From: Diplonema japonicum
Taxonomy: Eukaryota > Protista > Euglenozoa: Diplonemea
NCBI GenBank assembly: GCA_964019335.1
Contig: OZ025689.1
Coordinates: 372,001-436,000, forward strand
DNA: 64,000 bases
Reading direction: 5' to 3'
The notes below the pieces were generated by a model. That model saw nothing but the letters and a program-made list of their open reading frames with translations. It ran no database searches and was not told the origin of the DNA. Positions 10,542-22,290 of the stretch are shown here, piece by piece (position 1 is the first letter of the stretch; each line of letters begins with the position of its first letter). A program made the position numbers and the translations under genes.

Positions 10542-11932
10542 CTAATTACCGAGCTTGGCTGTGTTTTTTTTTCTTTTTTTTTTTTCTTTCTTTCCCCAAT
10601 CACCATACCATCCTTCTCCCCAGTGCACCACCTGTCTCTGGGGTAGTCATACGTGTTCTTGTGCATGGCGATCTGGTAGCACGTAGCAGAACCCTGGCCA
10701 GCAGCCACAACAGACCAGGCAAGGAAGATCTCCCAAAGCCTGAAAAGCCTGGAACTGTACTTGGGCTCCATTGTGGCACGGTTGGACATCCAGTTGTCGT
10801 ACCAACGGTGGAGCGTGTGGCTGTAGTGCCTCCCGATGGTCTCCACCGAGTGCACCTCAAAACCGGCAAGTTCACATTGTTCAATGTACCAGTTAAGAGG
10901 AGTCGAAGCGTCTGCCCCCGGGAAGATGTACTTGGACATGAATAAACCCCAAGCAACATCCTCCCAGTTGGACCCTTGACGAAGCCCGGCAACCTGCATA
11001 AGGAAGATCCCCTCATCGTTCATACGGTCCTTGACACCGTTGAGGTACAGCTGGAAGTTCGTGAGGCCGACATGCTCCGCCATTTCGATGGAAGCAACTT
11101 TGTCGAACTTCTTGTCTTTAGGGATGTCCCTGTAGTCCATGCATAGGATGTCTACATCGTCTGTAAGCTTCTCTTCTTTGTTTTGTTCATTGCACCAAGC
11201 AGCTCCCTCAACTGACAATGTCACACCGGTTGATTTTGCACCGAACTCCTTGGCAGCATGGCGGGTCAGGGTACCCCAACCACATCCAATGTCAAGGAAT
11301 GTCTCGCCTTTTTTAAGGTGAACCTTTTCGCAGATCATTTGCATCTTGTTGAACTGTGCCTGTTCGAGGGTCTGTTCCAGACCGTGGAACACACCCGATG
11401 TGTACACCATAGATTTGCCAAGGAACGCTGCGAAGAAATCGTTCCCACGGTCGTAGTGGTCGGCGATCTCCTTCTTCGTTGCTTTCTTGTCCTTGAAAGA
11501 CGAGGAGGTCTGAGGGAAGAACTGTTCGATAAGCCATCTGAGCTGTCTGACGGTTGTCTTGTAGTTCAGGAACTCGTTGTGGTGGTTCTGGAGGATCTCG
11601 AGACAGTCACCTTTGAGTTCGATTTCCCCGTCGATGAAGTGTTCGTAGAACTCCACCATCGGCATTTTCCTCCCACCGTACGTTTTCTTCAGCTCAGCGT
11701 TTTTGAAAACCACGTATTTTTCGATGTCAGCCGGTTCAGCTTTGTGATACACGAAGTTCCACAAAACGTATCCGATGGCGAACGGTGCTATGAGGCTTAC
11801 CAAGTCCAGGTTGAGCAGGCTGCTGAGCGACCAGTAAATCATAAACAGAATTCCTGGTATCATAGCCGTAAGCATCATAGGGGGGTCCGTCCATCTGGTG
11901 GACATCGAGTACCCAATCTTTACCTTCTCCAT
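10542..11932 (-). CDS. SAM-dependent lipid methyltransferase, cyclopropane-synthase family, sphingolipid C9-methyltransferase-like
   Basis: Two N-terminal TM helices, DHYDRGNDFF..FLG.SMVYTSG, LDIGCGWG, EMAEHVG, KYIFPGAD. A 50-nt intron (10608-10559) removes the spurious poly-K and gives ...EKD|AKLGN*. Confidence 0.88.
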
Positions 11933-11954
11933 TTTTCTTTTTTATTTGATATTC

Positions 11955-12000
11955 CTGTAAAAAGAGTGTGATGTGTGGGGGAAAAAAAAAGGGGGGTGAA
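11955..12000 (-). promoter_or_regulatory. Putative polypyrimidine tract + AG (trans-splice acceptor) for the lipid methyltransferase
   Basis: Minus strand C/T run followed by ...CACATCACACTCTTTTTACAG, about 22 nt before the ATG. Confidence 0.55.
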
Positions 12001-12930
12001 ATAAAAGATGACAACTTTGGCGGGGGGGGGGGGGGGGTAAGGGCGAGGGGAGAGAAAAAAAAAGAAAAAAAAAGAGCACACGACACGGGGGGGGGGGGGG
12101 GAAGGAAAAAGGGGGAGAGAGAAAAAAAAAAGTTTTCCGTATTCTAAAATACAATTAAAAAGTTGTTTTGGATGTAAGGAAAAAAAAAAAAAAAAAAAAA
12201 AAACCCTCTGTTTTTTCTATTATTTGTTGAAACGGGGGTTTTCAGATTTGATATGGCAAAAGCTCTGTTTGAGCTCAGTGTCTTTCTTTTATTTTTTCTT
12301 GAGTGTAATTTAAAAAATACGGTTTTTTTTTTCTTCTTTTTTTCTCGAATGGGGAAAAAAAGAAACAAAAAAAAAAAAGAAACAAAAAAATAAGGAGAAA
12401 AAAAAAAAAAAAAAAGAAAAAAAAAAACTTCAAGGGACGCATCCCCCTCCGGACCCGGATCACAGTATCAACATCAGAAAAACTTTTCAAATGATGATCA
12501 TAAAGATCCAGTTTGGTGCTCTGGCTTCCTAGAGAGGGGAAGAGAACATCGAAACGAATGAAGCGATAAAAAAAGAAGAGGGACGCATAAAGATGAAGGA
12601 AGTAAATAAGAAAAGATAAAATAACGAGGAGAGGGGGAGGGAGGGGAGGGAAAGGGAAGAAAAAGAAAAAATGTAAAAAAAAGCGAACTCCCCCCCCCCC
12701 CTTTTTTTCGTTCAATTCTTTTTTTTTTTGTTTTCAATAGTTAGATTGACGTATCTTGCTATTAAAAAATTCCAAAAGAAAGATAAAAATAAAAATTGTT
12801 CTCCATTCCGCGACACTAATTTCTTCTTTTTTTTTTTTAAAAGTTTTTTTCTTCTTCTATTTCTCCACGTCGTCCTCAAAAGGTACACTCCAGCCTTTTC
12901 GTTCTGCTCATCTGAAGAACACGGAAAGAG

Positions 12931-12961
<31 letters not shown>

Positions 12962-15032
12962 CGTCCGGCCGATGCAAACACCATTGTCTCTACCTTCTTC
13001 CTGTTTCCTTCTTTTGTTTTCCCTTTCTACCCCTTTTTCTTCCCCCTCCCTCTTCAAGTTCCCAAGACATCCTTCTTGCAAGACTAGCTGAAGTTGCAGC
13101 CCACAGTAACATTGTCACCAATGGCCTGAAGAAGGGGACAGGGAAATGAGGGAGAAAAAAAAAAAAAAATAAGGAGAAAAAAAAAAGAGAGAGAAGGGGA
13201 GGGAGAAGAATATAAAGAAGATTCTGACTGGTTTGCAAATCGGCCTCTTTTCTCATTTGCTGCCCCAAGGTTGGGGCTCATGCCTCAGGCAAGGTAAATA
13301 AAAAGGAGAGAAAAGAAAAGGAACAGAAAGAGAGGAAGTAGCAAGGTCTCGCAGAGTGCTCATTTAGAGCACTTATTATTGTTACTTTTTTTTTTTTTCT
13401 CGCACGTAGCACAGCAGACGAGTGATCAAACGATCCAAGGTTTGTTTTTTCTTTTTTTTTCCCCCCTAAATGTCGGCGAATGAAGAGAGCAGGAGTAAAG
13501 AAAGAAAAAAAGAAATCAAAGAGTGTTGCGGGAGCAAAGAACTGGGAGGGGGGTGAAGTGTGCTCAGAAAAAAGGGAGGGGTGTGTGTCACTTCACGAAG
13601 AAGGATAAAAAAGGAAAGGAAAAGAAAGAGTGCGAAAAGAAAAGAAAAAAAAACGAAAAAAAAAGAAAACTTGTTTCTTCCATTTTTTTTTTCTTTCTGC
13701 TTCGTCTCATATTTCTTTCACTTTTTTTTCAAAAAAAAAAAAAAAAAAAATGGTGTGGCGAACTCATATAAAAAAAAAGAATAACATATAGCAGCTGGGG
13801 ATGAAAAAAAAAAAAAGCTGAGAAAAATAGAATGAAGACAAAGAAAAAAAAAAAAAAGAGAAAAGAGGAATAAAAAAGGAGAAGAATGCCCCCTACAGTT
13901 ATTTCTTTTCTTTTATTTTTTTTTTCTCGTTTCGGTTTTAGTACTTTTTTTTTTTTTTACTTTACAATGCCAAAAGGAAAAAGAAGGGGAATTCAATGTT
14001 TTTCTTTCGTGTTTTTTTTCTTTTTTTTTGTTTGCTTCTGTAGTTTGTGTTTTTTTTTTTTTTTTTTTGTTTGCATTTTCTTCTCCCCCTTCCTTTTCAA
14101 TCACAGACATAATGTGCGATGAAATGGACAGGGATTTCTTTTTTTCCTTTTTTTTTTTCTCTGAAATCAATAAGTACCGCAAACTCATTGGAATCATTTT
14201 TTTTTTTTTTTTTCTTGTTCTTTACAGCAAATGGAGCCTTCGATCTACCTACGAAAAAATGCAGATGATCTCCTCAGCTGAAAAATCTTTATCCAATCTT
14301 TTTAGCGAACTCCATCTGTAAAAGTTACCAGCCTCCCTAGCTCAGTCGGTAGAGCGCAAGGCCCTTAACCTTGTGGTCGCGGGTTCGAGCCCCGCGGGAG
14401 GTGTTTTTTTATATCTCGGAAGGCTGTTCCTAAGGGGGCTCATTTTCTTTTTTCCTCAACCATCAAAGCTAAGAAATGTCCTTTTTACTCAGAAAATTAA
14501 GAAGCCCCTCACAGAAAAGGGGAGAAAAAAAAAAAGACAAAAACCCGGCTTGTCCAGGAGTGTTCCCAACAGGTGTGGGGTTTGTATTCCCTTTCTTTCT
14601 CTCCCTTGTCTTTTTGACTTACATTTACAATACAATCCAGGGTGGTGGGGGCAGCACAAAGAGCTCTCCCTCAAGTGAAATAAATAATATTTCCCCCTCC
14701 CCTCTTTTCCATAATTCTCATCTTTCCCCACTTCCCCCTCTTCCTCTTTTTTCTTTTTTTTTTCCTTCATTTCTTTCCTTCCTTGTTCATTCCATCTTTC
14801 AAAAAAAAGAAAAGAAGTGAAGAAAAATAAAGGGAGAGGGAAGAAAAAAAAAAGAAGGGAGGGGGAAACGAAAGCTGAAGCTGAAAAAAAACGGGGAGTG
14901 AAGAAAAAGGGCTGGGGATGATACCTTCAAAAAAAAAAGAATAATAATAAAAAAAAAAAAAAAAAAAAAAAAAAAGTTGCAATAAAAAAATCAGGGGATC
15001 AATATTGGTTTGTAGTTGGAGTCGGAAGAAGG

Positions 15033-15063
<31 letters not shown>

Positions 15064-15956
15064 AAAAAAAAAAAAAAAAAGCGAGGGTACGAAAATGCAT
15101 ATGAGCCTAATTTCAGTTTTTCAACTCCCTCCAACAATTTACCGGTGACAAAAAAAGAAAATCTATTGAACCCGCGATTGAAAGGGGAGGGGTGAGAGAG
15201 GAGAGGAAAATAAATAGGGACAGAGAATTGATTTTTTTTTCTCTTGGAGGAGCAATAGGAAAATGAATGGGGGCAATAAATAACTGCTTTTTTTTTTTTT
15301 GAAACGAGGGGTCGCAAAAGGTGGATCCATTCCAGGATGATTGGAGGGGAGGAGGAGGGAGGAAAACCAAAGAAATGCCAAAAAAAAAAAAAAAAAAAAA
15401 AAAAAAGAAAGAAAGAAAATCGCGAAAAAAAAAAAACAAGAAGACTGCTGATGAGCGCCATATGTTTCCCTTCATTGCCTGTTCTGTTCTTTGTTTCCTT
15501 TGTCTTTGAACACACTTTCCTCCCCCCTTTTTTATCTCTTCTTCTTCCCTTCTCATTTTTCTCTCCTTCTATTTTCTTATTAAGAAAAAGAAAGGAAAAA
15601 AAAAATAAAGTGCTTCACCTCTTTATTATTTACCGGAGGAGCCCATCATAACAAGAATGGGTTTTCTCCCCTTTCCCCCCGGTGCAGAATAAAGATGGCT
15701 TACAGCAACAGGGAAAAAGAAAAAGAAAAAGAAGGGAAAAAATCAGTGAAAGAGATCTAGTGCAAAAAAAAAAATTTTTTTTTTTTAAAAAGAAAAAGAA
15801 AAAAAAAAACCTTTTTTTTCAAGTTCTTTTAAATTTTTCATTATTCCCACACAAAAAAAAAAAAAAAAAAAAAATAATAATAAGAAAAAAAAATACCTAT
15901 AAAAAAGAATTCCTACAGCTAAAGAAAGAAAGGGGGGAAAAAAAAAGAAGAAGAAG

Positions 15957-15998
<42 letters not shown>

Positions 15999-16858
15999 AG
16001 AAACTCGCTTTAATTTAACAGCTATTTTTAACAGCAGTCTCGATCAAAAATAAGAAAATAAGAAAGAAGCTGTTCGCAGTTTTGTTATTTTTCTCTCTTT
16101 TTTTTTTCTTCTGGGTTGTCTGGGTTTTTTTTGTTTGGTTCCTGTTCCTTTTTTTTACAAGGGAAAGTATAAAGGAAGAAGAAGCAAAATACGGTGTACT
16201 TCGCTACCTTTTTGCCACACTACCCTTTTATGATGTGTCTTTCCTACTGGAAAGAGTCTTGTTTTATTTTTTTTTTTCCGGAAAAAAAAAAATAAATTCT
16301 GTATGTAGTTCCCTTTACCCAGCAAACCCCTTCCTCCTCTTCTTACTTTGTGCTTGCCCTAACCAAATTTCTTTGGAAACATTTTCCAAAGTGGATGCCT
16401 CTCACGACGAGGGAAGGCGTCGTTTCTTGATCGTTTTTTTTTTTTTTTTTTTTTTTTTTTATCTTTTTTTTTTCTCTCTCTCTTTTTTTTTTTTTTTTTT
16501 TTTTTGCTTGCGCTGTTTTGATTTTGGATAGAAAAGGGAAACAAAAAAGAAAAAAAACAAAGGAAAAACAAAAGCTAAAAAAAAAAAAAAAAGGGAATGT
16601 GTTTCCCCACACCCTTTTTTTTTCTTTCCTTCTCTTTCTTTTTCTTCTCTATTTTCTTTGTTTTTTCTTTTGAATATAAATACCGACCTCTTTTTTTTTT
16701 CTTCTTGCAGAAAGTCATTCGGGTGTACTGGGTGCGTGTGTATGAATGGGAATAAGAAAATAAAATGCAAAAAATGGGGAAACCAGAGACCACATAGGAT
16801 CTCCTTTCCTAACATTTCTGCACAATAGGATGAATATAAATAAAGGGGAACTTTGAAG

Positions 16859-16906
<48 letters not shown>

Positions 16907-17533
16907 GATCGAAAAAAAAAACAACGACGGCGACAAAGAGGGGCAGAGAAAGGGGAAAAAAAAAAAAAAAAAAAAAATAACAATAACATTCTTTTTTTTT
17001 CTTTTTTTGTGATAAATTTTTCTTTGGTGTATTTCGTTCTGCAATGGTATCCCCTTTACTGTTCTTGTGCTTTTTTTTTTTTTTTTTTTTGATCCCGTCT
17101 TTCTCCTAGGAAAAAAAAAGAGAAAGAAAAAGTAATATAAAAAAAAAAGGAGAGAGAACAGGGAAGAAAGAAGGGGGGGAAACCTTGAATAGAATGCAAA
17201 GAAGAAAACAAAGAAACCCTACACAGTGCGACTGTAAGCGAGTGAACAAAATGAGGGGGGAGGACCCACAACAGGCAAGAATCTGGGCTCTGGGGGCTGG
17301 CCCTCCAGACCTCACTACTTCCCTTTCACCCCCCCTCTCTCTGTTGTTGCTTTGAGATCGACCCAGTCCCGATCGGGTGTTCTTTCTTTTCCCTCTTTTT
17401 TCCCCCTCTTTGTACCCGTCTCTCGCATTTTTTTTTTTTTTTTTTCTTGTTGAGTGGGCTAAAAACCAGTAAAGGGGACAGGGCAGGGATTCCCGAAAAC
17501 GGGAGTAGGGGGAAAAAAAAAAACTATTTGGCG

Positions 17534-17565
<32 letters not shown>

Positions 17566-17950
17566 TGTGTTTTTGCTGAAAGCAGATTTTTTCCAACTGC
17601 GAGTCACTGAGTGTTATCTCAGTAAAACGGAAAAAAAACCTGTATTGTATACAAATCTACTAATTGCAACCTGCCAACAAAATAATCTTTTTTTTTTTTC
17701 TTCTTCTTCTCTTCAAAAAGTACTGACAATATAACTATTGTTAACACAACACAATAATAATTAAAAAAAAAAAAAAAAAAAAAAAACATAAAAAAAAAAG
17801 AAGGGGTTTTTTTTTTCTCTCTCCCCCCCCCCCCTTTTTTTCTTACTCACTTCTTTTCTTTAAGCTAAGTTAATGTCTTAAAAATAATCCTAATCTTCTT
17901 TTTTTTTTTTTTTTTTAAACCTTCTCCTCCACCTCTCCATCCCCCTAGAG
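11960..17950. repeat. About 6 kb gene-free, homopolymer-rich low-complexity region containing tRNA-Lys
   Basis: Dense A/T runs, some over 30 nt. All ORFs here translate as poly-F/poly-K artefacts. Confidence 0.8.
14331..14403 (+). tRNA. tRNA-Lys(CTT), with atypical C33
   Basis: Acceptor GCCTCCC/GGGAGGT, D-arm GCTC/GAGC, anticodon stem CAAGG/CCTTG with loop CCCTTAA, T-arm GCGGG-TTCGAGC-CCCGC, followed by a T7 terminator. Confidence 0.92.
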
Positions 17951-17955
17951 TAGCA

Positions 17956-18381
17956 CTAGTACGGGCTAATTATTGGGCAGCTCGTGATACACCTACGAAG
18001 TTCTGAGGCAAACGAAGTCACGGAGCTGTAGACATTGGCGATAGTAAGCTGCAAGTCCCGGTTAACGGGGTTTGTTAGAATGGATCGCACTTCAGTGAGG
18101 GCCACAGCCTCAGTGGAAATTGCTGATGGGTAGCGAATCACAACCTTTTCGTTGTCCATGTCTACAGCCTCTACAAAGGCAAGCCAACCGTTAACCAACA
18201 CCTCTGCACCTTTGCACAAAACCCTTCTGTGCTTAAACCTTCTCACTCCATCGCTGCCCACCTCACCACACTTCTCCTCTTCAGGAACCTGCTGGACCTC
18301 TCCAACCTTCACGCACTCAACTATCTGCACTTCCTGAACGTCCAGCACGCGGTTCTCAGGCACAATGCTACCCAGACACAT
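17956..18381 (-). CDS. Small hypothetical protein (141 aa)
   Basis: Balanced-composition ORF on the cluster strand, with a pyrimidine tract upstream. No recognised family. Confidence 0.6.
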   Translation of the reverse strand: MCLGSIVPENRVLDVQEVQIVECVKVGEVQQVPEEEKCGEVGSDGVRRFKHRRVLCKGAEVLVNGWLAFVEAVDMDNEKVVIRYPSAISTEAVALTEVRSILTNPVNRDLQLTIANVYSSVTSFASELRRCITSCPIISPY

Positions 18382-18547
18382 GATGATAAAAGATGTAACG
18401 AACGGAAGGGGGAAGAAAACAAAGAAGAATATAAAAAAAAATAAATAAATAAAAGGAGAGATAAAAAAAAAAGATGTGTGTTGTTTTTTTTTCTCTTTTT
18501 TCTTTTTCTTTTTTACTCTGTGGTGGAATGCTTGACGGTTGACGGAT

Positions 18548-18597
<50 letters not shown>

Positions 18598-18598
<1 letters not shown>

Positions 18599-20022
18599 TA
18601 TCCCGCATCGTTGACGTTACTGGTGGACACCTCTGGGAAGTGGTCCCCTTTGCAGAGTGCGATGGCGACGAGGGCCTGGGTCTTCGGAGGTAGGGTTGCG
18701 AAGAAGGTGTTGTGATGAGACTTCGTGCCCGTGGGGTGCGCGTTGATGTACGTGACATGAGGTGTTTTGACGAAGGACACGGCCATGCTGGTGGTGTTTC
18801 TTGAACTGTTTGCCAGTATGCAGTGCACTTGTGACTCGTCGAAGCGCGACAACAGCAGCTTTGCTGTCCTGCTGATCTCGATTGTCGTGCTGATTGGAGC
18901 AGGCGGAGCTTCTTGTGGGGCGGTGCACTCATCGCCTGCTTCGTGGTACGCAACCTGGTAGGCCCATGACCACCCGCGTGAGGCATCTGCTGGTCCCAAC
19001 CTGCACAGCTTTGCCTGCTCTTCACCCCCGACCACTGCCACCACCACTTCTTTGCTCTCCCCAAAGAATGAGTTCTTCAAGGGCATCACTTTGAGATTCA
19101 CCGATTTCGACAAGTCCATTGTCACCTTCAGACGGACCGCACGGGTGTTCCCCACAGAGAACTCCCACAGCCCCCCGTCGCATGGTTGTTTGATCAGAAC
19201 CACATCCGTGCCCAGCATCTGGTGCTGGGTGCTGCTCTCCCCTGTGTGCGGCAGCCATGAAAGGGAATGATCCCAGTTCCATGTGCCGTGCAGCTCGGGT
19301 GTGACGAGGGCCAGCGTGCGGGTCGACTTGTGCAGCACCTTAGCCGTGATGGTCTTGTCCTCTGCCATGTCGCCGAATGGCACCACCTTGCAGTTCTTGG
19401 CATTTGTGAAATCAATGGTCACTTGACCGTCTTCGGTGCTGTTGTTGCGGACCTCGAACCCTATTGTGGAGCCACCTTTGTTCAGTTTGCAGCCGACGAC
19501 GACGACTGCGGAGCCAGGTTCCACAGGTGAACGGCATACCTCGAGATTCTCGGGGGGTCGGGGGGGTGGGGAGAAAGAGGGCACCGAACTAAAAGGGCTG
19601 AGGGGGAGGTGTTCAGAAGGACCTTCACCATGTCGAGCGTTAAAAGGCGTGGATGTGGGGTGGTAGACCACACTGGGCTGCACGGGGGGTGTGGGGGAGG
19701 GGGTGCGTGGATGGGGGAACACCTCCTCATACTCATCCCGTCCTTTGTCAACATACTCACAACGCGCATCGTAGTTGCAAGCGACAGGTCGCGTCCTGTC
19801 CACAGCCATAAGTGTCCCTACAGCTTGTCGATCTCCTGGTTCTAGCTGAACTCGTCGGAGCCCTGTTTCTGTGCTGTTCTTGCATCGTGAGAAATCCACA
19901 GCCACGCTCACCCTTTGCCTACTTTTGTTACAAGCATTGACCCCTATGCCAGTCCCTACAGGTACAACATAGAGCCACACATTGCTGCCTCGTTCCACTT
20001 CGAGCCACTCACCATCGCTCAT
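18598..20022 (-). CDS. Hypothetical protein with about 4 repeated beta-rich modules and a Pro-rich linker
   Basis: 474-aa ORF with a recurring N.S/T......hhDF/L..s.N pattern (NKSRQRVSVAVDFSRCKN, NNSTEDGQVTIDFTNAKN, NTRAVRLKVTMDLSKSVN). Confidence 0.75.
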
Positions 20023-20703
20023 TGTGCGTCATGTGCCTTGATGATGAGGTGTAAGAAGGTAAGGAAAGAGGGGTAAGGTGTGAACAAAACGTTTCATTTG
20101 GAAGAGGGGGGGGGGGGGGGGTAAAGTGGTGAGGTGCCGGGGCAAGGGAGTGAGATTTCAAGTGAGTTGCTCACGGTTCCTTTTTTTGTTTTGTCCCCCC
20201 CCCCCCCCCTCATATTTTCCTTCTTTTTTTTCTTTTCCTTTTCCAATCGTCGTGGGGAAGGAAGAAAAAAAAAAAAAAGAAGAAAATATTTACCAGCGCC
20301 ATGGGTACCACAGCTTGGTGAACCTGTTAAGAGAGATTTTTTTTTAAAAAAAAGGGGGAAATAAAATGCGACATTGAAACCCGCCCTCCCTCCATCCCTC
20401 CGTAGAAATCGAAACCAATATTTGTCATTTTCTTCACTTTCCATATCCCTTTTTTCTTCTTATAATTTGACGAACAAAATAGAAGAAAAAAGAAAGAAAG
20501 AAAGAAAGAAGAAAAAAACCACGCTAGATTTCTTTTCTATTTCTTTTTTTGGGAAGGTGGGAAGCGGGGGGAGCTCTTCATCGAAGAAAAAAAGAAGAAA
20601 ATAAAAGAAACACACTCTGCGCAGTTTGGTCACTGCAGGCGGACACGTGAAAGAAATAAAATAAAAAAGGGGAAGGGGAAAAAAAGACAGATTTCTATTA
20701 CGA

Positions 20704-22142
20704 CTAGAAAGGCTGACGGCTCAGGAACCTGTCAAAGAAAGCGTAGGCAGGGCCGGGCTGGAAGGTGGGGACCATGTGGCCAGCCAGACGGATGGTGACG
20801 AAGGAGAAGTCCATGGCAGGAGCGCCAGTCACGTTGTAGTGGTGGCGTACCCAGCAGGGACGGGGGCGTTGGTGGTCTCGAACCACGGGTGCCACGACTT
20901 GAGCTCCTTGATGGCACCAGTCTTGGCAAGGTCGGTGGTCCACTCCTCGTTGCCGATGTAGGGCACGCACGAGTCAGCATCTCCGTTGTAGATCAGGATC
21001 CTCATCTTCTGCACAAGGTGGGGGTACAGAGTCACCGACGCAGGGCCAGACGACTGGTAGCTGAACTCGCTCTGCAGCGGCCTGTCAAGGTGAAGCGCGT
21101 CCTGCACGTCCTTCCTCTCGAAGTACTTCTTGGTGTCAGCGATACCGCCGCATGCCCAGTTGTACCCACCGCCCATGGCCTGCGCCTCCTCGATGGCCTT
21201 GGGGTTCATCATGTTCTCCCTGAGGTACCTGCGGAGCCAGCCAAGAGTCTTGCCAGACGCCTTGCTCCACTGCGCGGCGCCGGGGCAGTTGTCATAGATG
21301 TCGTACACGTTGTGGGGCCCGACCTCCTCGTCCATCTTGATCAGCGCACCGGGGCACTCGGGGCCCGGGACACCACCGTCGTACCCGCACGATTTGTAGA
21401 CGTGGTCCCTGAGCTCCTTGGACATAAGCCCCTTCCCGAAGAACAGGTCGACGTCGTTGCGCTCAGCGTGGGGGCCGTTGCAGACGACGGAGTTCTCGGT
21501 ACCACCCCAGCACCCGTTGCCGACGGCAATGCCCTTGAGGTTGAAGGCGGTGGGCATGGTGGTGGTGATGTAGTAGGCGATGTTCGGGATGTACTGCCCT
21601 GCGTAAGACTCGCCGGTGAGGTACAGCTCGTTGGTCTTGAACTCAGGGAAGGCGGCGAAGAAGGCAAGCAGGGTGTGGGCGTAGGCCTCGGCCTGCGACC
21701 TGTCGTTCCACTGGCAGGTCCTCTGGATCTCACCGTTCCTGGAGCAGGTCGAGAACCCGATGGGGTCGTTGGACCCAGCAGGGGACTCAAGGTACAGCAT
21801 GTTGGCCCTCTTGTTCCATGCGTGAGGGTTCACGAACGGGCCGGAGTCCGCCACCTGGAAGTAACCCATCTCGGTCCATCCTCCAATCATGGAGCTGCCA
21901 CCGGGACCACCCTGGTGCCAAGTGACCACAGGGTCCTGCGCCGACCTCTGCGAGCAGTCCAGCTGGTAGTGGATCCTCAGCTCGTCGTAGTCAGTAAGGT
22001 TGAAAGGCCCCTTCACCGTGAGGAACCCGGAGTACACCTTGAAAGGGGTGGGCTGGAAGTCCGGCACCTGGTGCACCTGGTCAGCGGGGACATCACCCCT
22101 GACTAGGGCCAGGCACATCATCAAACCTGCAGCAACTCTCAT
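20704..22142 (-). CDS. Serine carboxypeptidase (S10) with signal peptide; apparent 1-nt deletion near 20839
   Basis: WHQGGPGGSS, GESYAG, YNGDAD. The catalytic-His motif TIRLAGHMVP is in another frame. GCC ACC ACT ACA ACG TGA needs +1 nt to read ...ATxYNVTG. Confidence 0.85.
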
Positions 22143-22290
22143 TGTTTTTGATTTCCCTGCGTGTGTGTTTTTCTTCTTCCCCACAGTGCTGTTCTTCCGC
22201 AAAAATAGAAACACAACTCCGAAAGAAATAAGACAAATACACATAAAAGAAAAAGAAAAAAAAAGCTGTCTATGGACGTAATCTATCTAG

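Noticed and set aside
13215-13300. Minus-strand ATTTACCT resembling the U1 5' end, or a plus-strand AG|GTAAAT donor
   Set aside because: No U1-70K loop or Sm site is recognisable, and no plus-strand reading frame results from splicing.
16357-16364. CCCTAACC as a possible telomerase RNA template
   Set aside because: Only 8 nt; about one such permuted match is expected by chance in 6 kb, and there is no supporting structure.
11942-17734. Dozens of poly-Phe/poly-Lys ORFs
   Set aside because: These are translations of T and A homopolymers.
20889-22106. 405-aa plus-strand ORF (likewise 33834-34970, 51830-52741, 54006-54905)
   Set aside because: Antisense shadows of real genes; codon bias suppresses stops on the opposite strand, and they show no motifs.
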